Both the position numbers and the translations under genes were made by a program. A DNA stretch of 64,000 nt, taken from positions 217,496,001 through 217,560,000 of the forward strand of contig OZ024741.1 in assembly GCA_964016885.1 (NCBI GenBank). The letters are read 5' to 3'. This document shows, in pieces, positions 16,789-27,917 of the stretch (position 1 is the stretch's first letter; every line of letters begins with the position of its first letter). The DNA is from Eledone cirrhosa. Lineage: Eukaryota. Under the pieces are notes generated by a model. That model did not search any database. It was not told the DNA's origin and saw nothing but the letters and a program-made list of their open reading frames with translations.

Positions 16789-17533
16789 GTAATAGTAATA
16801 AATTTGAAGACTAAAATCCAAAGAGGGCTCGATAAGGATAAATATATATCAAATATATAAGAACCGTAGAGCAAATATTTATTAAAATAACAGATTAAAG
16901 TTTAAGCAAAGAATCGCTGCTTTCACGGGATCTTCTGAAACTAAAAAAATTAATCTGTGAACGCAGAAGTAAATATTTCGAAAAATGTTGCAACCGAAGG
17001 AAGACAGGAAGACGATACTTTGGTTAGTGGAAACGTTCCCTGGCAAAGAACGGAAAAAAGCGAAGATAATACGTCATTATTTGGAGCGGTGAAAACAATT
17101 ACACGCAAAGACAAAATCACATTTATGGTATAAATGAAGTTGTAGACTAATATTCTATTAGGTGATTCGTGGAGATGTTCTCTGGCAATGGACGGAAAGA
17201 ACGAAGATAATACGTCATCGAAGCCGAGAATCATTTGGTTTCTTAAATAGAATATTAGTCTATGGCTCCATTTATACCATAAACATGGTTTTGTCTTTGC
17301 GTCTATTTGTTCTCATCACTCTACAACAACGTATTATCTTTGTTTTTTTCCGTTCATTGCCAGGGAATATCTTCATGAACCAAAGTATCGTCTTCTTGTT
17401 TTCCTTCGGTTGCAACGTTTTTTGAAATATTTACTTCTACGTTCACAGATTGATTTTTTTAGTTTCTGAAGATCCCGTTAAGGGTGATAGCAGCGATTCT
17501 TTGCTTAAACTTTAATCTGTCATTTTAATTAAT
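16788..17533. mobile_element. Fold-back element with ~280-bp imperfect inverted arms and ~90-nt tail, probably PLE-derived
   Basis: Arms ~16878-17159 / 17247-17530; CUGAAGA-UCCC..GGGU-GA(U/A)A hammerhead-like core near 17466-17490; end fragments recur at 11838-11895 and 21680-21720. Confidence 0.75.
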
Positions 17534-17534
17534 A

Positions 17535-20500
17535 TCTATATATCTATATATATAAATCTGAGGATGTGTGTGTTACGGTTTGTAACGGATTCACGTCCAC
17601 AATTTCCAACGGATTCTATTCAAAGTCGGGACAATTATTGCTTTTGGTCAGGAAAAGGTCATGAAGCAAAACAATTTCAAATCCATCAACAATAAGGGCA
17701 AAATTCGATCATGATCATTCCCCCTCTCTATAATTTAACTGCTTTACTCTCTCTGTCACTCTTCACTCCCTATATGACAACACTGCAGAGAGAGAAACGA
17801 TGTTTATGATCAAATGGAGCGTTCCGTATATTCCCTCTCTCTATAATTTAACTGCTTTACTCTCTCTGTCGCTCTTCACTCCCTATATGACAACACTGCA
17901 GTGGAGCGTTCCGTATTGACATACGGCTTATCTGGGGCATTTTCAATCGGCTTATTGCAAATAACAACCCGCAAAATAACACTTCATATAACAGATTAAT
18001 GCTATAGACATATGAATTGGAATGTAACCCGTGAACGTTTTCCTAGGCAAAATTATTCGAACAAAATTATTTGCCAGAGTGTTCAGACTGAAACTGGCTA
18101 AACTCATGGCTTTAATCAAAAAGGGTCAGGTATTTGGGGCTGTAAAATGTGACATGTTTTCCGACAAATGACAAAAAAGAAGACTGTATATGCTCACATT
18201 TTGATTTGGTTAGCTGATAAAATCAATTCAAATGCCATAGACAGCTTCATTTCGGCTGAAATCCCTAACCTAGCAACTGACCACGAATTACATGACATCG
18301 TCAAAGCTAACATGGTCCGTGTGCGTCGGGTCCTAATGAGCATCACACGTGTCTGAAAGGGGGGGGGTCATGCAGTAAGGGATACCCAAAAACATTTGTT
18401 GACCAGACTGAGACTGGTGGCGACGGGTACCCCCTGTACAGGCGGAGACGGCCCGAGAACGGTGGCTTCGCCACAACAGTAAAGGGAGGTCAAATCGACA
18501 ATAGATGGGTTGTCCCTTACTGCCCGCTTCTCTTGAAGATGTTCAACACCCACATCAACGTTGAGTTTTGCATCTCCGTCAAGTCGATAAAATACATATG
18601 CAAATATGTAAATAAGGGCTCTGATGCCGCAATTTTCAAGCTGAAAATAGCAGGGACGAGGTCACAATACCTGGCGGGGCGGTACATCAGTAGCAATGAA
18701 GCTTTTTGGCGCCTATTTGGTTTACCCTTACACCTACGGCACCCCGCCATCGTACAGCTTGTGGTACATTTGGAAAATGGGGCAAAGGGTTTCCTTTACG
18801 GACCAAACCGCCACCAAGTTGGCCGCCGATCCGAAAGAGACCACTCTGACGGGTTTCCTCAAACTTTGCCAGTTCGATACATTTGCGCAAACAATTGTGT
18901 ACCCCCAGGTTCCATCCTACTTTATATGGCCGAAATCCACTTGGGTGCGGAGAAAGTCAGGTCAGGCTGTTGAAAGACATCCTTTGTGTAAAATTTGACA
19001 GCTGTCTTGGAAGGGTTTACACTGTGCCCCCCAAGTCAACATGAGTGCTTTCATCTCCGCCTTCTTCTGCATGAAGTTGTAGGCCCACAAAGTTTTCAGG
19101 ATCTCAAAACTGTTGATGGAGAAATATGTGATACGTACCGGGAAGCCTGCTTTAAGCGTGGTCTTTTGGAAGATGATTCGCAATGGGATTCCACTTTAGC
19201 AGAGGGTGCTTTGTTGAAATCACCTAAAGGTCTACGGGAACTCTTTGCCATTTTGCTTCAAAAGTGTGAATTGAGTGATCCCAAATCTTTATGGGTCAAG
19301 TACAGAGACTTCATGTCTGAGGACTTCCTGCGCCTGGCTCATCTGCAGTATCCTTCAGTGGAAGTTGGTTACAGTGACATTATCTACAACAGGGCACTCA
19401 TTGATATCGAGGATGCCCTCCTCGACATGGGTGGGAGTGAGTTGGCGACGTATGGCTTGCTGTCAACCGTCAGAGAGGAAGCTAACACGTTGGCCCCGGA
19501 TTTGTTGCGGGAAACAGAATATGACATCGAATCTCTTTCCCAATACTTAGAGGAAAATGAGCCCAAACTTCTGTCAGACCAAAGGTTGGCCTATTTAACT
19601 ATCATTGATGCGGTTTAAAATCAGACTGGTGGTATTTACTTTCTCGATGCTCCTGGGGCTACCGGAAAAACTTTTGTAACGAAATTGATACTTGCTAAGA
19701 TTCGTCACGAGAAAAAAATTGCGTTGGCTGTTGCATCGTCCGAGATCGCTGCTACTTTGCTGCCGGGAGGCAGGACAGCACAGTCAACCTTTAAACTCCC
19801 CTTGGATTTAGTAAAAACTGAGACACCAACATGCAATATCAGCAAGAGCTCACACGAAGCTCTGGTTCTCAAAAAATGTTGCCTCATTGTTTGGGATGAG
19901 TACACAATAGCACACAAGGGTGCCCTTGAGGCATTGTACAGGACCCTGAAAGACATTAGGGATTCTATGGTTCCTATGGGTGGCGTAACCCTTCTGCTAT
20001 CAGGGGATTTTTGACAAACGCTGCCTGTCATCCCCAAAGGGACAAGAGCTGATAAAGTGCGTGCCTGCCTTAAGTCGTCCATGTTGTGGCTCCAGGTAAA
20101 GAGTTTGTACCTGAGCACAAATATGCGTGCTCATTTGCATGGTGACATCATGTCTGCAGCATTTGCTCAGAAGATTTTAGCACTTGGTGAGGGCAAGGTC
20201 CCTGCAGATGACAAGGGCGGCATAGCAATCGACTCCCTGTGCAACATTGTGAGCAGCCCTTCTGACCTTTGGGAAGCAGTTTTTCCTAATGTCTCATCTA
20301 ACTTTAAAAACCTCGATTGGCTCAGCGAAAGAGCCATCCTTGCTCCGAAAAATACTATGGTTAATTTTATTAACGAGCAACTGATTGAGAAGATTTCCGG
20401 TAAAGAGCACATCTTCAAATCTATCGACCGGACGTCAGATAGATTAGTAATTAATGATATCGTTAATTATCCGGTTGAGTTATTAAATTCCCTTGAGCCC

Positions 20501-21255
20501 CCAGTGCCCCCACCTCACATTCTTAAGCTTAGGGTTGGCTGTCCCATTATGCTAATAAGGAACTTGCGTCCACCAAAGCAGTGCAACGGTACTCGCATGG
20601 TCGTCAAGTCACTGACGCCCGACTTGATTGAAGCCACCATTGCAACGAGGTGCGGGAGAAGGGAGAATGTTTTCATTCCAAGGATGAACCTTTTCCCCTC
20701 GGCGTCAGATATCCCGTTCGATTTCCGGCGATCCCAATTCCCGGTGAGACCATGTTTTGCCATGTCCATTAACAAGTCACAAGGGCAAACATTGTCGGTG
20801 GCGGGCATCCATTTGGGGGAGCCATGCTTCTCCCATGGCCAACTTTATGTTGCCTGTTCCCGCATAGGGAGCAGGAATGGACTTTTTGCTTACACTCCTC
20901 AAGGGATGACACGCAATATCGTCTACAAAGAGGTGCTATAGATGTTGGTGCAGGTGTTGGAGCTATGCCATCTGGAACACTATTTCCTGGTAGGGTATCC
21001 CAAGGCGGACAGATCTGACACCCAGCGGCATCAGGGCCACCATCTTGCAACTTTGGTCTACTAAATTCGCTATTGGAAGATTATTAACCCATCATTGATT
21101 GTCCAAAATGCTAATTGGTTCATAACTATTAATAACCGGTTCAACTGCTTTATGCACTTAATTGATAAGCTTATTCGCTTTCAAGCCACGTTTACCTGTA
21201 TGTAACTTTTCATAGCAAATGAACAAACCCGAGCAATGCTGGGCTAAACTGCTAG
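17535..21255 (+). mobile_element. Helitron, internally deleted and decayed
   Basis: 5' A|TCTATATA (TC at 17535 or 17543); 3' hairpin CCCGAGCAATGCTGGG 21228-21243 then CTAG|T at 21252-21256; Rep and helicase motifs inside. Confidence 0.9.
18060..20941 (+). pseudogene. Helitron RepHel pseudogene (HUH Rep + PIF1-like helicase), frameshifted with stops
   Basis: YAHILIWL, HINVEFC..KYICKYVNKG, RYISSNEAFWRLFG, DAPGATGKTF, VWDE, LLSGDF*Q, QFPVRPCFAMSINKSQGQTL, HGQLYVACSR, spread over several frames. Confidence 0.92.
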
Positions 21256-21295
21256 TATATATAATATATATATATATATATATATGTGGGCGATG

Positions 21296-21440
21296 ACTTG
21301 GCAGAGTTGTTAGAACATCAGATAGAATGCTTTGTGGTATTTGTTCAGCCTCTCTGCTCTCTGAGGTCAAATTCTGTTACGGTCAACTTTGCCTCTCATC
21401 AATTCTAGGTTGATAAAAAAGTACCAGTCTAATACTGAGA
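21296..21440 (+). mobile_element. SINE fragment (second family)
   Basis: TTGGCAGAGTTGTTAGAAC head and GTCAACTTTGCC..GATAAAAAAGTACCAGT core. Confidence 0.65.
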
Positions 21441-21625
21441 TCAATTCTTCCTCTATCCTTTCTCTCATCCCCTGTCCTTTTCTGGAAGTTATTTGCACTA
21501 TTCAGACCTGGAGAGGAGATGAACTCTGTCAGGTTTAAAATATGTCTTAGAAATGCTGTATATCAATATGGTGACCCTACGACTCCTCAGGAGTTACAGG
21601 ACTATCACATTATATATAGAATATA

Positions 21626-21658
<33 letters not shown>

Positions 21659-21749
21659 TTATACATATATTTATTATTAGTTCAGATTAAAGTTTAAGCA
21701 AAGAATTTCTGCTTTCACCCTATTATGGAATATTCTGTACTAATAATTG

Positions 21750-21922
21750 TCTCTACTTTTGGCACAAGGCCAGCAAATTACCCAGTACATTACTGGTACT
21801 TTATTTTATCGACCCCATAAGGATGAAAGGCAAAGTTAACCTCGGCAGGATTTGAACTCAGACCATAAAGGGACGTAACTATGCTAGAAAGCATGGCGTC
21901 CAACCCTCTACTGATACTGCCA
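21750..21922 (-). mobile_element. SINE (second family)
   Basis: Homologous to 15610-15800; the flank ATTCTGTACTAATAAT is repeated on both sides, a possible target-site duplication. Confidence 0.75.
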
Positions 21923-21967
21923 ATATTCTGTACTAATAATAAATGTTTGCTCTATGGGTTTATATAT

Positions 21968-21997
<30 letters not shown>

Positions 21998-21998
<1 letters not shown>

Positions 21999-22210
21999 CA
22001 TCATCATCATCATCGTTTAACGTCCATCTTCCACGCTAGCATGGGTTAGACGGTTTTGTTCCATTTGATGCGGGAATGGTCGGGAGAACACGTCTCGCTT
22101 GCACGGAACTGTTTCTGGCAGGTTTTTTACAACTGGATACCCTTCCTAACACCAACCACATTTACAGTGTGGGCTGGGAGCCTTTTCACCGTGTCTCCTA
22201 CATGGCCACA
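21998..22210 (-). mobile_element. SINE with (CAT)n tail, same family as 40-335
   Basis: (TCA)n-CGTTTAACGTCC..GCATGGGTT..CCCTTCCTAACACCAACCAC..CAGTGTGGGCTGGG; about one 48-bp unit. Confidence 0.8.
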
Positions 22211-22321
22211 GTTATATACAATGCTTATTGAGCCCTCTTTGGATTTGGGTCTTCATAATTATTATTACTATATATATTATATATATCTGTATAATAATTG
22301 TTATATATATATATATATATA

Positions 22322-24108
22322 AAGGAGGCGTGGAAATGTCATTATGAGAGACTGATGAATGTGGAGAACGAATGGGAGAGAAAAATTACCCTCAGTAGAT
22401 CCGACAGAGGGACCAGCTATTGAGAATATAGGGCCCAAGAGGCGATTAAGGAAATGAAAAATGGTAAGGCTGCTGGACCATCGGGGATAGTTGCTGAGAT
22501 GCTGAAGGCATCAGGGGACGTAGGCACTAAACTGGTTGCACGCATCATCAATCAGGCTATATATGGTGGTGTTATACCCAAAGACTGGTGCAGCAGTATT
22601 CTCATAAATTGCTACAAAGGTAAAGGGGATGCTCTGGAGAGGAGCAATTATAGGGGTATAAAACTGATGGATCAGGTTATGAAAGTGACAGAAAGGATAT
22701 TAGCACAACTAATTAGAGAAAGGGTCAAACTAGATGAGATGCAGTTTGGTTTTGTGCCTGGGAAAAGTACAACAGATGCCCTCTTCTTGGTGAGACAATT
22801 ACAAGAGAGGTTCTTAGAGAAAAATAAGCCACTATACTTAGCCTTTGTTGACCTAGAGAAAGCCTTTGATAGGGTACCCCGATCTGTCATCTGGTGGTCC
22901 CTAAGGAAACTAGGTGTTGAGGAATGGCTTGTGAGGACAATGCAAACTTTGTTCAGAGGTGCTGTCAGTAAAGTCAGGGTAGGAATGGAGTTTAGTGAGG
23001 AATTCCAGATACAAGTAGGAGTACATCAAGGTTTGGTCCTCAGCCCGCTCTTGTTCATTATAGTCCTCCAAGCCATAACAGAGGAGTTTAAGACTGGCTG
23101 TCCATGGGACCTTCTGTATGCTGACGATCTGGTTCTTATAGCAGAATCAGTAGAGGAGCTAGAGAATAAATTCTGGTTATGGAAACAGCAGTTGGAAGCA
23201 AGAGGACTGAGAGTGAACCTAGCTAAGACAAAAGTGTTGATGAGTAGAAAAGAGGACAAAACTCTGATTCCGTCAGGGAAATGGCCATGTTCGATATGCA
23301 GAAAAGGAATTGGCATAAATTCTATAAAATGCACACAATGCAGATCCTGGGTACACAAGAGATGTAGCGGGATAGCAGGAAAACTAACAGGTAGGGAGAA
23401 ATACGTATGCAGTAGATGTACAGGGAAATTAGACAGTAGAAGTCGCATTGATAGACACATTTTTCAAATGCAGGCGGGTGCTATAGAAGTGGTGGATAGC
23501 TTCCGGTACCTAGGAGATCAGATTAGTATGGGAGGGGGGTGTTCCGAGGCCATAGTATCTAGAATAAGGACGGGTTGGAAGAAGTTTAGGGAGCTGCTTC
23601 CTCTGCTGACGAAGAAGGGTTTCTCCCTGCGTACGAAAGGCCGGTTATATGATGCCTGTGTGAGGAGCGCGATGCTGCATGGTAGTGAGACATGGGCAGC
23701 AACTGCAGAGGATATGCGATGGCTGGAGAGAAATGAGGCAAGCATGCTCCGTTGGATGTGCAATGTCAATGTGCGTGAACACAACCCAGAATGAATGTGT
23801 TGAGAGAGAAACTGTGTCTGAGAGGGATAGAATCTAGTGTGCGAGAGAGAAGACTGAGGTGGTATGGACATGTGATGCGCATGGAGGATGACCGATGGGT
23901 GAAGAAGTGCCAGGAAATGCCAGTTGAAGGGAGACGTGGTAGAGGTAGACCACGAAAAACTTGGGCAGAGGTGGTGAGAACAGACCTAAGATCGCTGAAG
24001 CTCACGGTGGAGATGACGAAGGACCGTGACAAGTGGAGAGATACTGTGCTGAATAAGACCCATCCTACCCTTGCAAGCAGGGAAAAGCGTACGTAAAATG
24101 ATGATGAT
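22322..24108 (+). mobile_element. 5'-truncated RTE-clade LINE (RT ORF 22454-23794, frameshift, remainder to 24096)
   Basis: KNGKAAGPSGI, NYRGIKL, QFGFVPGKST, AFVDLEKAFDRVP, GVHQG..LSPLLF, YADD, FRYLG, RLRWYGHVMR, RGRGRPRKTW; (TGA)n tail; TA flanks. Confidence 0.93.
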
Positions 24109-24907
24109 ATATATATATAAGAATGAAGAATATGGCTGTATTCTGGAATCTTATACCAGTTTATTAATTATATATATATAATTATATTAGGTATGAATTG
24201 AAGTTGTAGCTACTGTATAGCAGGTACTAATTGAGTTGTTTGAGGCAATCACAAACAACTTGTTATCTAAACTATAATAAAGTAAGGAGTGCGGGATTGC
24301 GTACGGTTTATAGTTTTTTATCCCATTAGTAAAATAAGTTGGATTACTTTGAATAAATAATGAATGAATATTACATAATTTAGCTACTAAATTTCGTAGC
24401 TGTTGGTTAAATATATTTTATTGTTTATTTAAAGATTCACTTCTTTAAAATTTTCAGATGTGAACACTTCTGGTTAGCGATTGCTTAAATAAACATTCAT
24501 ATATTTCCGTCACTAATTTTCTCCTAATGCAGTTTATATATAATATCGTCTTTTTTTAACGTATCATGGATTATGTTACTGATTACATAAGACAGTGTAA
24601 CACAGTCTTCGTTCAATTTCTGTGTATATTGTCAATTATGATTTTATTTGATGTATCATATCTACATGCATATATACTTGCGTATAATAGCAATATACAC
24701 ACTACACATGCTAGCAGAAAACTACCCGAAGGGTGGTTTTTCTGCTAGCATGTGTAGTGTGGTTTTTCTGCTAGTATATATAATGAGTGTGAGAGGTTGA
24801 TGGATGTGAGAATGAGTACTTGCAAGAGAGAGAATGAGATTGCAAGAGAGAAAGAGAGAGGTAGTGAAACTTTACTTATGTTATATCTTTCCTCTCTCCT
24901 TTTCCAG

Positions 24908-25147
24908 ATTCCATTCCCAGGTATCTGTAAAGATGCCTTCAAGGCTCTCCAGGAATACCTGTACACAGGTGAATCACCATATATGTCTGGTGTAGACTGC
25001 ATGAACTTAATTGAAGTGGCCAATCGCCTATGTCTACCTCGGCTTGTTGCTTTTGCTGAGCAACACCTGGTCCAGGAACTTGGCAGACTGGAAGATGGCA
25101 ACGTTAACATGATGGAAGATGTGTTGACTATTCTAGAAACTGCACAG
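24908..25147 (+). CDS. RhoBTB: RhoBTB exon: rest of BTB2
   Basis: IPFPGICKDAFKALQEYLYTG..LIEVANRLCLPRLVAFAEQ..ILETAQ; acceptor TTTCCAG 24901-24907; donor GTGTGT at 25148; 240 nt, phase 0/0. Confidence 0.93.
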
Positions 25148-25169
25148 GTGTGTAACCATCCTATTATTA

Positions 25170-25350
25170 GTGGATTACCAGTATCAGTAGAGGGTCAGAC
25201 ACCATGCTTTGCAGCATAGACTTACGCCCCTTTACAATCTGAGTTCAAATCCCACCGAGGTTAACTTTGCCTTTCATCCTTACAGGGTCGATAAAATAAC
25301 GTACCAGTAATACACTGGGGTAATTGTTGGCCTTGTGCCAAAAGTAAAAA
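25170..25350 (+). mobile_element. SINE (second family)
   Basis: GAGTTCAAATCCCACCGAGGTTAACTTTGCCTTTCATCC..GTCGATAAAATAACGTACCAGT. Confidence 0.7.
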
Positions 25351-25899
25351 AATTATTACCTGTCACCTCTCATTAAACTGCACAGGTGTTTTATGACACT
25401 TTTAACTTCTGTTACACCTGTCACCTCTCATTAAACTACCTAGATGTATCCCATCACCTCACATTAAACTATGCAGGTGTTACAACCCTGTCTTCTAATA
25501 TCTCTAGAAACTCCACAGGTGTGTAACACTATTTATTCCATATTACCTCTTACCTGACATTAAACTATACAGGTGTAACTGTCATATTACCATATGTATG
25601 TATATCATCTATACAATTGTATTATGTCATCTGTCTGTCATCTACCTCTCATCTACTTGTCATCTACCTATCATCTATTTCTCATCTGTCTCTCACCTGT
25701 CTGACATCTACCTGTCATCTATCTCTTATCTGTTATGTGTCTATATTTCCAGTTACACAATGCAGTACACCTAGCAAAATGGTGCCTTCACTATCTCTCA
25801 TCTACATGTCATCACTCCCTCATCTACCTCTCATTTACCTGTCAGCTACCTCTCACCTGTCTGTCATCTGTCTCTCATCTACCTGTTATCTGTCCCTCA

Positions 25900-27030
25900 T
25901 CTACCTGTTATCTGTCTCTCATCTACATGTAATCACCCTCTCACCTGTCTGTCATCTGTCTCTCATCTACATGTAATCACCCTCTCATCTACCTGTCATC
26001 TGTCTCTCATCTACATGTAATCACCCTCTCATCTACCTGTCATCTGTCTCTCATCTACATGTAATCACCCTCTCATCTACCTGTCATCTGTCTCTCATCT
26101 ACATGTAATCACCCTCTCATCTACCTGTCATCTGTCTCTCATCTACATGTAATCACCCTCTCATCTACCTGTCATCTGTCTCTCATCTACATGTAATCAC
26201 CCTCTCATCTACCTGTCATCTGTCTCTCATCTACATGTAATCACCCTCTCATCTACCTGTTATCTGTCTCTCATCTACATGTAATCACCCTCTCATCTAC
26301 CTGTTATCTGTCTCTCATCTACATGTAATCACCCTCTCATCTACCTGTCATCTGTCTCTCATCTACATGTAATCACCCTCTCATCTACCTGTCATCTGTC
26401 TCTCATCTACATGTAATCACCCTCTCATCTACCTGTCATCTGTCTCTCATCTACATGTAATCACCCTCTCATCTACCTGTCATCTGTCTCTCATCTACAT
26501 GTAATCACCCTCTCATCTACCTGTCATCTGTCTCTCATCTACATGTAATCACCCTCTCATCTACCTGTCATCTGTCTCTCATCTACATGTAATCACCCTC
26601 TCATCTACCTGTCATCTGTCTCTCATCTACATGTAATCACCCTCTCATCTACCTGTCATCTGTCTCTCATCTACATGTAATCACCCTCTCATCTACCTGT
26701 CATCTGTCTCTCATCTACATGTAATCACCCTCTCATCTACCTGTCATCTGTCTCTCATCTACATGTAATCACCCTCTCATCTACATGTCATCACACTCTC
26801 ATCTACATGTAATCACCCTCTCATCTACCTGTCATCTGTCTCTCATCTACATGTAATCACCCTCTCATCTACCTGTCATCACACTCTCATCTACATGTAA
26901 TCACCCTCTCATCTACCTGTCATCTGTCTCTCATCTACATGTAATCACCCTCTCATCTACCTGTCATCTGTCTCTCATCTACATGTAATCACCCTCTCAT
27001 CTACATGTCATCACACTCTCATCTACATGT
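25900..27030. repeat. 44-bp minisatellite (4 x 11-bp subunits), ~25 copies, with degenerate 11-bp flanks
   Basis: Unit TCATCTACATG-TAATCACCCTC-TCATCTACCTG-TCATCTGTCTC; period checked at 25963 and 26007. Confidence 0.95.
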
Positions 27031-27387
27031 CATCTAACTCTCACCTGTCTGTCATGTCTTTCATCTGTATGACATCTGTTATCTGTCTATATTTCCAGCT
27101 ACACAATGCAGTACAGCTAGCAAAGTGGTGCCTTCACTATCTCTCACCTGTCTCTCACCTGCCTGTCATCTGAATGTCATCTGTAGTCTGACATCTGTTA
27201 TCTGTCTATATTTCCAGCTACACATTCTCTAAAACTTGCAAAGTGGTGCCTTCAGTTTCTCTCATCTATCTTTCACCTGCTTCTCACCTACCTATCATCT
27301 ATCTGTCACCTGCCTTTCATCTGGATGTCATCTGCCTGTCATCTGTATGTCATCTGTATGACATCTGTTATCTGTCTATATTTCCAG

Positions 27388-27536
27388 CTACACAATGCTG
27401 TACAACTAGCAAAGTGGTGCCTTCACTATCTTTGTGTTCATTTTCTGGATATATTTCCTCAATATGTGAAACATTATAAAACCCTCAGTCTGGAGAACCA
27501 GTTGTTTATTGATAAACACAGATGGCCTCCTGAATG
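27388..27536 (+). CDS. RhoBTB: RhoBTB exon: C-terminal (BACK-like) region
   Basis: LHNAVQLAKWCLHYLCVHF..ENQLFIDKHRWPPEW; acceptor TTTCCAG 27381-27387; donor GTAAGT at 27537, phase 2. Confidence 0.93.
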
Positions 27537-27584
27537 GTAAGTTAGAAACATTCAACAACTTTCACTGGCTCTATCTCTGTCTCT

Positions 27585-27905
27585 TTGTGTAGGGGGTGGA
27601 TTTGTGTGGGGTGTTGTGTGGATGTGTATTTGTGTGGGGGTGTTGTGTATTTGTGTGGGTTTGTGTTTGTGTGGGGGTGTTTGTGTAGATGTGTTTGTAA
27701 GGGTTTGTGTGGGTGTGTTGTGTGTGTTTGTCTTTGTGGGTTTGTGTTTGTGTGTGTTTGCATGTGTATGTTTGTGTGTGTTTGCTTGTGTCTGTGTTTT
27801 TGTGGGGGTTTTGTGCTTGCTTATGTTTGTGTGTTTGCATCAGTTTACTTGTGTGTGTGCGTTTGCATGTATATGTTTGTGTGGGTGTGTGTGAGTGTAT
27901 GTGTG
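27585..27905. repeat. GT-rich low-complexity tract
   Basis: Seen directly. Confidence 0.9.
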
Positions 27906-27917
27906 ACAAATTAAGTG

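Noticed and set aside
20012-20014. In-frame TGA in Helitron helicase motif GDF*Q as possible readthrough or selenocysteine
   Set aside because: The motif is normally GDFRQ, so CGA>TGA decay fits, and the element has several other disabling lesions.
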